This document shows positions 37,903 to 46,986 of a stretch of 64,000 nucleotides of DNA, piece after piece (position 1 is the stretch's first letter; every line of letters starts with the position of its first letter). The notes beneath the pieces are model-generated. The model saw only the letters and a program-made list of their open reading frames with translations, had not been told where the DNA came from and ran no database searches. A program made the position numbers and the translations under genes. The DNA lies in NCBI GenBank assembly GCA_014729775.1, contig WJJJ01000007.1:30302-94301 (forward strand), given 5' to 3'. The stretch is from Candidatus Omnitrophota bacterium (GTDB lineage: Bacteria; Omnitrophota; Gorgyraeia; Duberdicusellales; 4484-171).

Positions 37903-40269
37903 ATGAAACGAAGAGTCGACAAGACGCTGTGGTTTGCGGTCTGCGGGATTGTGCTTCTGCAGGGATGCCGCCAATTCGGATTACTCGACAAGATCACCCA
38001 CGCCTATCGAACGGTCACTTCCCGGTACGAAGCCCGTCTCGAACGGAATCCCCGGAATGATTCTCTCCGTTACGAACTTGCACAGTTCTATTACGCTTTT
38101 CGTGATTACGACCGTGTCAAAACGCTTTTGCGGGGATTCGCGAAGGAGGACGCGCAGCGGCTGCTCGCGAACGCGCACGTCCGTACCGGGGAACATACTT
38201 GCGCGCTGGCGCTGTATGAGCGGTCTGGTGCCGGGAGCGACGACGAAACTTTATACTTGTACGCGCGCGCCTGCGAGGAAAAAAATTTATTCTCCCGCGC
38301 GCTGGCGCTGTATGAGAAAACCGGAGGAAAGTTCCGCGCAAAAGCCCGGGAACGGATTCTGAGGATCAGGTCTAAAACGGAAGATCATCCGCCGGAGAAC
38401 GTGATCGATCTTCTGGAACGCGAAAAAGAGTTTATTGACCGGTACCGAGAGCATCCGGTGATCGTTTTGTATTCCGATGAATCGATGACCGTTTCCTCCG
38501 ACGGCCGTTCCACGTTCATGATTCACCGGATTCAAAAGATCATGAACGAAAAGGGGAAAAACGAAGCCGAAATACGGATTGGATACGATTCCACGTACGA
38601 AACCGTTGAGTTAGAGTACGCGCGGACCGTTACTCCGGAGGGACGGGTGATTTATGCCGGAGAGGAACACCGGAGAGATACCGCCAAATATGCGCATTAT
38701 CCGTTGTACAGCAATGCCCGCGCGCTGATCGTGTCAATGCCCGCGGTAGAAATCGGCGCGGTGATCGAATACAAGGTGAAAATACGCGCCTCAAAACTTA
38801 TCGCCGGCGGAAATTTTTCTTTGTTTTACCGTCTCTATGAAGCGTTCCCGGTCGCGCAGGCGCGGTTTACTCTTTCTGTGCCTCCGGCGTTCTCTGTTTT
38901 TTTTGACCCGTGTCACGAACCGGCCGCCGCCGGCCGGTCCCTTCTTCCAGAAAAAACTCCTCAGCCGGGCGGGGTGCGCTATCGCTGGGAGTACCGTTGT
39001 CTTCCCCCCCTCCTGCCGGAAGAACGGATGCCACCGCTGGCGGACGTGGTTCCGGCAGTGCATATATCGACTTTTTCTTCCTGGGAACAGATATACCAAT
39101 GGTGGAGCGGACTGATAGAAGGGAAGTTCTCGCTTACTCCCGAAATGGAGCGGCTGGTGAGCGAACGCGCTCCGGCCACCCTCCCTCCCCGCGAGCGGGT
39201 GAAAGCTCTGTATGAGTTCTGCGCCCGGCAGATACGGTATGTTGGCGTTGAATACGGGGAGAGCGGATATGAACCTCACGCCGCTGCGGAAGTGTTTGAG
39301 AACCGGTACGGTGACTGTAAAGATAAAGCGGTGCTGCTGACGGCACTGCTGCGCGAAGCGGGATTCGAAGCGGCGCCGGTGCTTATCCCCACAAGAGAAC
39401 AGTACCCTCTCAACCGAGAATTTCCCTCGGTAGATTTTAACCACGCGATCGCGCTCGTCCGGATAGACGGGAAGGAGATCTATATGGATCCTACCGCGTC
39501 CACCGTTTCCTGGGGCGATCTGCCCCTGGATGATCAAAACCGCAACGTGTTGATTTGCGCCCGGGATTCCTATAGGTTTGGAAAAACCCCGCTCAGAAGT
39601 GAAAACCGCATGAGGTATAGAACGGAAATCATGTTCACTCCCGAGGAGCAGGCGCGATTTACCCGTGCCCTGACCGCGACCGGAAATTTCGCCGCCTACC
39701 AGCGGTTTTATCTCGAATACACCCATCCTCAGAAAGTCGAGGAGGACATCCGGAAACAAATATTGGAACTGAGTCCGTTCGCTACGCTGACCGGATATAC
39801 CGTCGAAAATAAAGAAAATTTGTCAAAGCCCCCCGTCATAAGGTATTCTTTTTATGCGCCGGCCGTATTGCAAAGTGCGGGACGGATGAGAATTCTCTCT
39901 CTCCCCGACGATATTAAAATCGACACGGGATTCGCGGGGAAAGAAGCGCGGCGGTTCCCGGTGGAGTTTAAAGGATTGTTCCGGAAATTTTCGGAAGTGT
40001 CAGTTTCTCTTTCCGACGGGATGAAAGTTCTGTCTGCGCCGAAAAACGTCCGGGTAGACACGCCGTGGTTCGTGTTTGCCTCCGAAACTGAACGGAGCGG
40101 AAAAGTGTTCCGTATTGTCCGGGAGTTTCGCGTCAAAACGACGCATGTACCGGTGGACCGGTATAAGGAATTCAAGCAGCGCCTCGCGGAAGTGTATGCG
40201 TTCCTTCGCGCCGGGATTATTTTGGAAAAAACGGAAAAAGATGGCGGGGAGAAAAAAGAAAAATTTTGA
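37903..40269 (+). CDS. Lipoprotein with TPR repeats, DUF3857-like region and transglutaminase-like cysteine-protease core
   Basis: Lipobox LLQGC. N-terminal TPR-like repeats. Transglutaminase core motif YGDCKDKAVLLTALLREAGFEAAPVLI (Cys nucleophile), with downstream FNHAIALV...YMDPT (His/Asp). Confidence 0.75.
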   Translation: MKRRVDKTLWFAVCGIVLLQGCRQFGLLDKITHAYRTVTSRYEARLERNPRNDSLRYELAQFYYAFRDYDRVKTLLRGFAKEDAQRLLANAHVRTGEHTCALALYERSGAGSDDETLYLYARACEEKNLFSRALALYEKTGGKFRAKARERILRIRSKTEDHPPENVIDLLEREKEFIDRYREHPVIVLYSDESMTVSSDGRSTFMIHRIQKIMNEKGKNEAEIRIGYDSTYETVELEYARTVTPEGRVIYAGEEHRRDTAKYAHYPLYSNARALIVSMPAVEIGAVIEYKVKIRASKLIAGGNFSLFYRLYEAFPVAQARFTLSVPPAFSVFFDPCHEPAAAGRSLLPEKTPQPGGVRYRWEYRCLPPLLPEERMPPLADVVPAVHISTFSSWEQIYQWWSGLIEGKFSLTPEMERLVSERAPATLPPRERVKALYEFCARQIRYVGVEYGESGYEPHAAAEVFENRYGDCKDKAVLLTALLREAGFEAAPVLIPTREQYPLNREFPSVDFNHAIALVRIDGKEIYMDPTASTVSWGDLPLDDQNRNVLICARDSYRFGKTPLRSENRMRYRTEIMFTPEEQARFTRALTATGNFAAYQRFYLEYTHPQKVEEDIRKQILELSPFATLTGYTVENKENLSKPPVIRYSFYAPAVLQSAGRMRILSLPDDIKIDTGFAGKEARRFPVEFKGLFRKFSEVSVSLSDGMKVLSAPKNVRVDTPWFVFASETERSGKVFRIVREFRVKTTHVPVDRYKEFKQRLAEVYAFLRAGIILEKTEKDGGEKKEKF

Positions 40270-40633
40270 ACTGCGTTTTTACGAGGAACTCGCGGAAAAA
40301 ATTCCGCGGTTCCCCCACGTGCTTGTCTGTTTGGGCGAACTTTACACGCGGCAGGGATTTTACAGGGAAGGTCTTCGCGTAGATAAGCGGCTGGTGCGTC
40401 TCCGTCCGCGGGATCCGACGGTGCGCTACAATCTTGCCTGTTCCCATGCGCTGATGGGAAACATACCGGAATCATTTACGGAGCTGCGCCGGGCGGTGTT
40501 GTGCGGATATGAGGATTTCTCCCTGTTGCGGGAGGATCCCGATCTCGAGCGCCTCCGCGCATATCCGCCCTTCCGCGAATATATTACCCGGGCGTCGGTG
40601 TTGCTGGAAAGAGAAAAAAAGGGAAGCGATTGA
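40241..40633 (+). CDS. Small TPR-like repeat protein
   Basis: Internal ATG at 40241 (MAGRKKKNFELRFYEELAEKIP...). Helical TPR-like repeats (LGELYTRQGFYREGLRVDKRLVRLRPRDPTVRYNLACSHALMGN). It overlaps the upstream stop. Confidence 0.5.
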   Translation: MAGRKKKNFELRFYEELAEKIPRFPHVLVCLGELYTRQGFYREGLRVDKRLVRLRPRDPTVRYNLACSHALMGNIPESFTELRRAVLCGYEDFSLLREDPDLERLRAYPPFREYITRASVLLEREKKGSD

Positions 40634-42651
40634 TGAGCGAGAAGCGAAAATATATCCGTATCGCAGGGGTGCTGCCGGTTGAATTTTACGTGATCGACGA
40701 GTTCGGCAAGCGGATCACGCCCTGGCTCCAGGGGTTTACTCAGGATATCGGCAGAGGCGGCGTCTGTTTGTGCGTGAACGATCTATGGTGGGGGTTCTGG
40801 GATCGATTCCATCCCAGGGGCGTGAAACTGGTAGTGAAGATCGATCTTCCGTTTCGGACGGAGCCTCTGTACGCGCACGCGAAAGTCGCCTGGTCCGCGC
40901 AGCGTTCGCTCGCGGATTTCGTGCAGTACCGGTTTGGAGTGGAGTTTACCGGCGCCGCCGTCAAGAACGCGCAGGCACTGTTCCGTTACGCGGTCATAAA
41001 AAAGACGATGCCCGCGGCAGCGGGTATTCTTCTTTTCGCTCTCGTAGCCATCGCGGGATTTTCTTTTGTGCAGATGCGCATGGCTGCCCAGAAAAACAGA
41101 GAGATGGTGGGTGCCTACGCGCGGACAATAGACCGCCTTTCGGCTCTGAAGGATTCCATGGAAGAGGCGGAGGAAAGCGGCGTGTATTTTGCCCGCCGCC
41201 GTCAGGCGGTCGAAGAGAGTATCGGGGTATTCGAGCAGGAATTGGAACGTCTGCAAAACGTATATCTGGAGATAAGACGGGATCGTGCGCCCACGGCACG
41301 CGAGGAACAAACGCGGCTGGAGAAGCAAATACACACGCTTTCGACACGATTGGACGCGATGCAGCGCGAGAACCGTTTTTTAAAGCAAAAACAGCGCCGG
41401 CGGGCTTTATTATCGGAAGAGCTGAGAACAGAGGCGCGAGAATTGCGTCAGCAAAAGCGGCAGTCTTCTTCACGTATTATCGATGGGCTTTACCGCTGGA
41501 TCGCCAACCGGCAGAATTTAGTGAGCGGACTGGTGCTCAGTTACGAAGGGGACCGGAATCTTGACCGGGTATGTTTTACCTATGACCAGTCGCTGGCGGC
41601 GATCGTTTTTCTGCTGTTCGACGAGCAGGAGAAAGCGAAAAAAATCATGGATTTTTATTTGGGCCAAGTCCGGAAAGAGGGGAAGATTTACAACGCGTAT
41701 CATACCCGGGGACATGTGTACGAATATGTCAGGCATTCCGGACCGTATGCGTGGATTGGGATCGCGGCGCTGACCTACGTAAAAAAAACAGGGGACCGCA
41801 CCTATTTGCCGGTTGCCGAACATGTGGCGGAGTTCCTGTGGGCGATGATGGATGAAGAGGGCGGAATCAAAGGGGGGCCGCAGGTTGACTGGTATTCGAC
41901 CGAACATAACCTCGACGCTTACGCGTTTTTTCGGATGTACCGCGCGATTGCTCCGCAGGCGCGCTACCGTGGCGCAGCCGACAAGGTGAAAACCTGGATG
42001 AGCACCTACGCTTACAGCTCATACGGTCCGCCGGTAAAGCGCGGCAAGGGGGATTCTACGATCGCGACCGATACCTACTCCTGGTCGCTCACCGCGATCG
42101 GTCCGGCGCAGCTGCGGTCGCTGCAGATGAATCCGGAACGGATTATGGAGTTCGCGGTGAAGAACTGTGAAGTGGAAACGACCTTTTCTTTTGGCGGACG
42201 TCAGCACCGGGTGCGCGGGTTTGATTTTGCGAAATTCCGCAATTCGGCGCGCGGCGGGGTGATTTCCTGCGAGTGGACCGCGCAGATGATTCTCGCCTTT
42301 GAAATCCTCGCCGATTACTATCGGGAGCGCAGCGAAAGAAAATACCGCTACTATTATGAAAAAGCTGAAAGGTATCTCACCGAACTGCAGAAGATGATTA
42401 TTACTTCTCTGTCCCGTGTGGGAAGAGAAGAACCCTGTTTCCCTTACGCTTCGGCGGCAGCGGTTGATACGGGTCACGGGTGGCGGACGCCCAAGGGAGA
42501 CCGTACCGGGTCCCTGGCGGCTACCGCGTATTTTTTAATCGCATACCACGGTTATAATCCCCTTACCGGCGAATATTTGGGCGTGTCGTTTCTCACTCAA
42601 GACACGAACGAGATTCCGACTGTTCGCGAGGACCTGGGCGATGCCCGATGA
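40633..42651 (+). CDS. PilZ domain - TM - coiled coil - large C-terminal (alpha/alpha)-barrel glycoside-hydrolase-like domain fusion protein
   Basis: N-terminal PilZ motifs KRKYIRI (RxxxR) and DIGRGG (DxSxGG). One TM (AAAGILLFALVAIAGFSFV). A ~150-aa coiled coil (LERLQNVYLEIRRDR...). Then a ~380-aa soluble domain with aromatic-rich repeats (YDQSLAAIVFLLFDEQ...AWIGIAALTYVKK...) suggesting an alpha/alpha toroid; the fold is unverified. Confidence 0.7.
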   Translation: MSEKRKYIRIAGVLPVEFYVIDEFGKRITPWLQGFTQDIGRGGVCLCVNDLWWGFWDRFHPRGVKLVVKIDLPFRTEPLYAHAKVAWSAQRSLADFVQYRFGVEFTGAAVKNAQALFRYAVIKKTMPAAAGILLFALVAIAGFSFVQMRMAAQKNREMVGAYARTIDRLSALKDSMEEAEESGVYFARRRQAVEESIGVFEQELERLQNVYLEIRRDRAPTAREEQTRLEKQIHTLSTRLDAMQRENRFLKQKQRRRALLSEELRTEARELRQQKRQSSSRIIDGLYRWIANRQNLVSGLVLSYEGDRNLDRVCFTYDQSLAAIVFLLFDEQEKAKKIMDFYLGQVRKEGKIYNAYHTRGHVYEYVRHSGPYAWIGIAALTYVKKTGDRTYLPVAEHVAEFLWAMMDEEGGIKGGPQVDWYSTEHNLDAYAFFRMYRAIAPQARYRGAADKVKTWMSTYAYSSYGPPVKRGKGDSTIATDTYSWSLTAIGPAQLRSLQMNPERIMEFAVKNCEVETTFSFGGRQHRVRGFDFAKFRNSARGGVISCEWTAQMILAFEILADYYRERSERKYRYYYEKAERYLTELQKMIITSLSRVGREEPCFPYASAAAVDTGHGWRTPKGDRTGSLAATAYFLIAYHGYNPLTGEYLGVSFLTQDTNEIPTVREDLGDAR

Positions 42652-42752
42652 TCGATTTTTTTGTAAGACGGGTGCGGTCGGTTCGGATTGTGTTCATTTT
42701 GCGGGAGAGATCCGCGGCCAGAGGAAACAATATTGCTCCTCGTGCGAATCTT

Positions 42753-42761
42753 TGATAGAAT
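42753..42761 (+). promoter_or_regulatory. Putative extended -10 promoter element (TGaTAGAAT) for pyrK, leaderless arrangement
   Basis: TG-n-TAGAAT at 42753-42761, ending 9 nt before ATG 42771. The predicted TSS is within ~3 nt of the start codon. Confidence 0.35.
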
Positions 42762-42770
42762 AGCTGTTTC

Positions 42771-43589
42771 ATGAAAGAACGAGCAGTTGAAATTCGCCGG
42801 ATCACCCAGAAGAGGCCGGATATCTTTTTGCTTACCGTCCGTTCTGCCGCGCTGGCAAATCAGGCGCGGCCCGGTCAGTTCCTGCACGTCAAGACGGACG
42901 AGTGCACCACGATCTTACGACGCCCGCTCAGTATTCATCGACGGGAAAAACAGGACCTCTCGCTACTGGTAAAAGTAAGAGGAAGAGGGACCCGCGCGCT
43001 TCTGCGGCGCGCGCCGGGCGAACGCCTGAACGTCATCGGCCCGCTGGGTAACGGGTTTACCCTTTCTCCGTTTCCCGATGGGGGGACCACGATGCTCATT
43101 GCCGGAGGGATCGGGGTGGCGCCGCTGGTGTTTCTCGCCCAGCGGCTCACGGGGACCGCGAAAAGACCGAGTACGGGCCGAAAAATTGCCCTGATCGGAG
43201 CGCGCACCCGGGGAGAGGTGCTCTGCGCGCCGGAGTTTCGCCGGAGGGGATTTACCGTGAAAAAGGCGACCGAAGACGGCAGCGCCGGCCGAAAGGGAAG
43301 TGTCATTGAGCTGGCCCGCGACCTGCTCGCCGCTCGCGGCGATGCCCGGCCGTTACGGATTTTCGCCTGCGGTCCGGAACAGATGTTTTTTCGCCTCCGC
43401 GCCGCGATAAATGAATTATGTCCCGAGCCCGAACGGGTTCGCTGTCAGGTTTCTTTTGAACAATTTATGGGCTGCGGGGTCGGCGTGTGCTGTGCCTGCG
43501 CCATTCCCACGCGGCAGGGATACAAAAAGGTGTGTAAAGACGGACCGGTATTTTCCCTTCACGAATTGAAGGAACGCGGGACGGAATGA
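42771..43589 (+). CDS. pyrK: Dihydroorotate dehydrogenase electron-transfer subunit
   Basis: FNR-like FAD/NAD fold (RPLSIH...; GGIGVAPL) and a C-terminal 2Fe-2S cysteine cluster (CQVSFEQFMGCGVGVCCACA). Confidence 0.85.
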   Translation: MKERAVEIRRITQKRPDIFLLTVRSAALANQARPGQFLHVKTDECTTILRRPLSIHRREKQDLSLLVKVRGRGTRALLRRAPGERLNVIGPLGNGFTLSPFPDGGTTMLIAGGIGVAPLVFLAQRLTGTAKRPSTGRKIALIGARTRGEVLCAPEFRRRGFTVKKATEDGSAGRKGSVIELARDLLAARGDARPLRIFACGPEQMFFRLRAAINELCPEPERVRCQVSFEQFMGCGVGVCCACAIPTRQGYKKVCKDGPVFSLHELKERGTE

Positions 43590-44415
43590 GTACGCGGAGC
43601 GCTTTTGGTGCTTCACGGAAACCGTGCGGGATCAAGCACTGGCCGCACGAAGACCGGCCGCGCGAGAAACTTCTGCGGCGCAAAGAACACCGCTTGACCG
43701 ACGCGGAATTGCTGGCGGTGCTTCTGGGTACCGGGGTACCGGGAAAGAACGCGGTGGATTTGGCCCGGGAGGTCTTACGGACGTTCAAGACCTTTCGAAA
43801 CATGGCGCATTCGGCGCCGTCCCGGTGGAAACAGCTGAAAGGGCTTGGTCCGGCAAAGCTGGCCCATATCCGTGCCGCGTTGGAAATCGGCCGTCGGTTC
43901 CAGGAGGAGCCGTCTTCCCGCCGCCGCTGCATCCGTTCTTCCGCGGACGTGGCGAGGCGGTTCATGGCCAGGCTGAGAGATTTAAAAAAGGAAGTTTTTT
44001 CGTGGTGCTGGTGAATTCCCGCAATATGATTCTGTCGTGCGAAGAGGTGGGCCAGGGGACGGTGGATTGCGTGAGTCTGTTTTTGAGAGAGATCTTTCAG
44101 AAAGCATTCGAACAGTTCGCATCCGGCGTGCTGTGCGTGCATAATCATCCCTCCGGGGATCCGCATCCCAGCCGGCCGGACAGAGAATTCACCCGTCAGC
44201 TGAACCAGTGCGCGCAGGTGCTGCAGCTGCGATTTTTGGATCACGTGATTATCGGAGATAACACCTATTTCAGCTTTGCCGACGAAGGACTTCTTGTTCC
44301 GGATGCGGCGCAGCAGCGCGGCGCCGCGCCGCGCGCGGGATACCGTTCGCTTCGGCGGCGGTGCTCTCCGGTGCGGCCGGATCAGCTGCGAAAACGGAGG
44401 CGAGTATGTGGATAG
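43586..44415 (+). pseudogene. radC: radC (JAMM-motif DNA repair protein RadC family) interrupted by a 1-nt frameshift in an A6T6 homopolymer (or sequencing error)
   Basis: The N-terminal HhH part (EKLLRRKEHRLTDAELLAVLLGTG...) is in the frame of ORF 43586-44014. The JAMM part (FFVVLVNSRNMIL...LCVHNHPSGDPHPSRPD) is in the frame of ORF 43624-44415. The two frames meet at aaaaaaggaagtttttt (43983-43999), and one extra T would restore ...LRDLKKEVFFVVLVNS.... Confidence 0.6.
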
Positions 44416-44762
44416 GATATGTGACCGCGGGGCTTGCCGCGGGAATCGCGAGCGGTTTCTTCGGTATCGGCGGAGGTACGCTGCTCATTCCGGTGATGGT
44501 GTATTTGTTCGGTTTGACCCAGCATCAGGCCCAGGGAACGACGCTGGCGCTGATGGTTCCTCCGATCGGACTGCTCGCGGCCTGGCGGTATTACGTTGAA
44601 GGGAACGTGAATATTTCCATGGCCTTATGTATTTGCGCGGGGTTTTTCCTGGGAGGGCTCATCGGGGCCCATTACGTGCAGGAAGTGCCTGATCCGGTGT
44701 TAAAAAGAGTGTTCGGGGGATATTTATTAGTGGTTGCCGTAAAAATGATTATCGGGAAATGA
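44406..44762 (+). CDS. Half-size TauE/SafE (TSUP) family membrane protein (4 TM)
   Basis: RBS ggagg 5 nt before ATG 44406. The sequence GFFGIGGGTLLIPVMVYLFG...GTTLALMVPPIGLLAAW is one TSUP 4-TM repeat. Family members are usually ~250 aa with two repeats. Confidence 0.6.
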   Translation: MWIGYVTAGLAAGIASGFFGIGGGTLLIPVMVYLFGLTQHQAQGTTLALMVPPIGLLAAWRYYVEGNVNISMALCICAGFFLGGLIGAHYVQEVPDPVLKRVFGGYLLVVAVKMIIGK

Positions 44763-45697
44763 ACAGGCGCGGGCCGTCGATGAATGTGCGGGTGGGGAGA
44801 TGCAGATATCGGTCTCCCGTGATCTGCGCCTCTGGGACGTTCGGCTACGGGACTGAACTGGGTGCGCTTGCCGATTATTCCGCGATCGGCGCGGTCACGA
44901 CCAAGACCGTGACGCTCGATCCCAGGGAGGGGAATCGTCCTCCCCGTATTTTTGAAACAGCGCATGGCGTGCTGAATTCAATCGGTCTGGAGAACCCGGG
45001 AATTGAACGGTTCTGCCGCGAAATCGTGCCCGCCCTGCGGAGGATGAAAATTCCCTTTATCGTGAGTATCGGCGGGACTACCCAAAGCGAATACGAAGAA
45101 TTGGCGCGTATCCTGGACCGCGTTGCCGGCGTGAAGGCGGTCGAACTCAATCTTTCCTGTCCCAACCTGCGGCTTAAAAAGATGGTTTCTCAGGAAAAAG
45201 TATTGACCAAAAAACTTGTAGCCGGCGTTCGCCGCCGTACGACAAAAACGGTGATCGCCAAGCTGACCCCGGAAGTGACCGATATTACCGAAATTGCCCG
45301 CGCCGCTGAAGCGGGCGGGGCGGACGCGCTTTCGTTGGTGAACACCTATTACGGGATGGCGCTGAATGTGGAAACCGGCGTTCCCCGGCTGGGCAGCGTC
45401 TACGGCGGTTATTCAGGACGGGCGATCAAGCCGTTGAGCCTCTACCGGGTGTGGAGAGTATACCAAGCCGTTTCAATCCCGGTCATCGGCGGGGGAGGGA
45501 TTGAAACCGCGGATGACGCGATTGAATTTTTTCTGGCCGGCGCCTCAGCGGTGAGTCTGGGGACGGTCAATATGGTGTATCCGAAATGCGCCGCGGGGAT
45601 AAAGAAAGGGCTCCAGGCGTATCTGCGGCGGCGGGGGATCCCGCGAATCGCGCGGTTGACCGGAGAGGGACATGAGCGAGCAAAACGTGTGGGATAA
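44759..45697 (+). CDS. pyrD: Dihydroorotate dehydrogenase catalytic subunit (class 1B)
   Basis: SPVICASGTFGYG...NLSCPN...IGGGGIETADDAIEFFLAGASAV is the PyrD 1B signature. ATGA overlap with the TSUP gene. Confidence 0.9.
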   Translation: MNRRGPSMNVRVGRCRYRSPVICASGTFGYGTELGALADYSAIGAVTTKTVTLDPREGNRPPRIFETAHGVLNSIGLENPGIERFCREIVPALRRMKIPFIVSIGGTTQSEYEELARILDRVAGVKAVELNLSCPNLRLKKMVSQEKVLTKKLVAGVRRRTTKTVIAKLTPEVTDITEIARAAEAGGADALSLVNTYYGMALNVETGVPRLGSVYGGYSGRAIKPLSLYRVWRVYQAVSIPVIGGGGIETADDAIEFFLAGASAVSLGTVNMVYPKCAAGIKKGLQAYLRRRGIPRIARLTGEGHERAKRVG

Positions 45698-46364
45698 ATT
45701 AATCGTCGCGCTGGATATCGGACAGCGGGAAAGAATCACCGCGATCGTCAACGCGCTTGGTTCACGGGTGCAGAAGTATAAAATCGGCCTGTTTCCCTTC
45801 ACGCTGTTTGGCCCGGATCTGGTACGGGATCTTATCGCCGACGGCCGTGAGATTTTTCTTGATTTGAAAATGCATGACATTCCCCATACCATGCGCAATA
45901 CCGCCGCGGCGGTCACGGAAATGGGCTGTTGGGCCTATACCGTGCACATTAAGGCCGGACCGGAGGCCCTGCGCGCGGTCGTGGAGGAAACGCGCCTCGT
46001 GTCCGCGCGGCTCAACCGCCGGCCGCCGCTGATTTTGGGGGTGACTGAGCTGACCAGCACGGCGGCGGCACAGGCGCAGGTGCTCGATCTGGTCGGGCAG
46101 GCGGTGGATACCGGGATAAACGGGGTCGTCGCTTCGGCGCAGGAGGCGGCCGCAGTGCGCGCGTTGATGCAGCAGGCGGGGGCGGATATGAAAATCGTCA
46201 CGCCGGGCATTCGGGGAGCCTCGGACGCGGCCGGAGATCAAAAACGGGTTGCCACGGCCCGCTACGCGTGCGCGCACGGATCGGATTATATTGTGGTGGG
46301 GCGGCCCATTATCGAAGCTTCCGATCCTTCGGCCGCTGCCCGGAGAATATTGTACGAAGAGTAA
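45672..46364 (+). CDS. pyrF: Orotidine 5'-phosphate decarboxylase
   Basis: KLIVALDIGQRERITAIVNALGSRVQKYKIGLFPF (active-site DxK...K) and the C-terminal GSDYIVVGRPI. Confidence 0.85.
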   Translation: MSEQNVWDKLIVALDIGQRERITAIVNALGSRVQKYKIGLFPFTLFGPDLVRDLIADGREIFLDLKMHDIPHTMRNTAAAVTEMGCWAYTVHIKAGPEALRAVVEETRLVSARLNRRPPLILGVTELTSTAAAQAQVLDLVGQAVDTGINGVVASAQEAAAVRALMQQAGADMKIVTPGIRGASDAAGDQKRVATARYACAHGSDYIVVGRPIIEASDPSAAARRILYEE

Positions 46365-46383
46365 CAAGAAAAGGGAGGAAAAT

Positions 46384-46986
46384 ATGGATGTGAAGATCGA
46401 TCAGTTGATAGAACAGATCCGCCGGGAAGGGGTGGATGAAGCCCAGGCCAAGGCCGAGCAGATTCTCGCCCGGGCGGAGTCGGACGCGGAGGAAATCGTG
46501 CGCCGGGCGCGCGAGCAGGCCCGGCAGGAACGGGAAGAGGCGAAAAATCAGGCGGTACAGTTTGAACGGAGCGCGCAGGCGTCTCTCCGGCATGCCGCGC
46601 GAGATCTAGTGTTAGTGTTAAAGGAAAAACTGGAAAGTTTATGCGCCGGCGTATTCACCCGGCAGATCGGGGAAAGCTTTACTCCTGAGTTTTTGCAGGA
46701 AATGATCCGGAAAGTCGTGGACGGCTGGGCGAAAGGAGAATCGGTGGAGGCTCTCCTCAGCGAGCAGGATGCCGCTCGGTTAAAGGAGCATCTCCTCCTG
46801 GCCGTACAAGGCAAGACTTCATTTCCGGTGGAGATTAAAGTCGATAACCGGATCGAACACGGGTTCCGGATCGGAAAGAAAAACGAATCGGTATATTTCG
46901 ACTTTACCGAAGAAGGGATTTTTGAAGCGTTGCAGCAGTATGTCAGCCCCGCGTTGCGGGAAATCTTAAACCGGACCGATGGGTAA
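46384..46986 (+). CDS. atpE: V/A-type ATP synthase subunit E
   Basis: RBS aagggagg. The highly charged coiled-coil N-terminus (KIDQLIEQIRREGVDEAQAKAEQILARAESDAEEIVRRAREQARQE) is typical of subunit E. It is the first gene of the V-ATPase operon. Confidence 0.8.
   Translation: MDVKIDQLIEQIRREGVDEAQAKAEQILARAESDAEEIVRRAREQARQEREEAKNQAVQFERSAQASLRHAARDLVLVLKEKLESLCAGVFTRQIGESFTPEFLQEMIRKVVDGWAKGESVEALLSEQDAARLKEHLLLAVQGKTSFPVEIKVDNRIEHGFRIGKKNESVYFDFTEEGIFEALQQYVSPALREILNRTDG

Noticed and set aside
43624-44415. Treating ORF 43624-44415 as an independent gene
   Set aside because: Its first ~120 codons have no signal. The recognisable part (JAMM motif HNHPSGDP) begins exactly where the upstream RadC N-terminal frame ends, so the two ORFs are one frameshifted radC.
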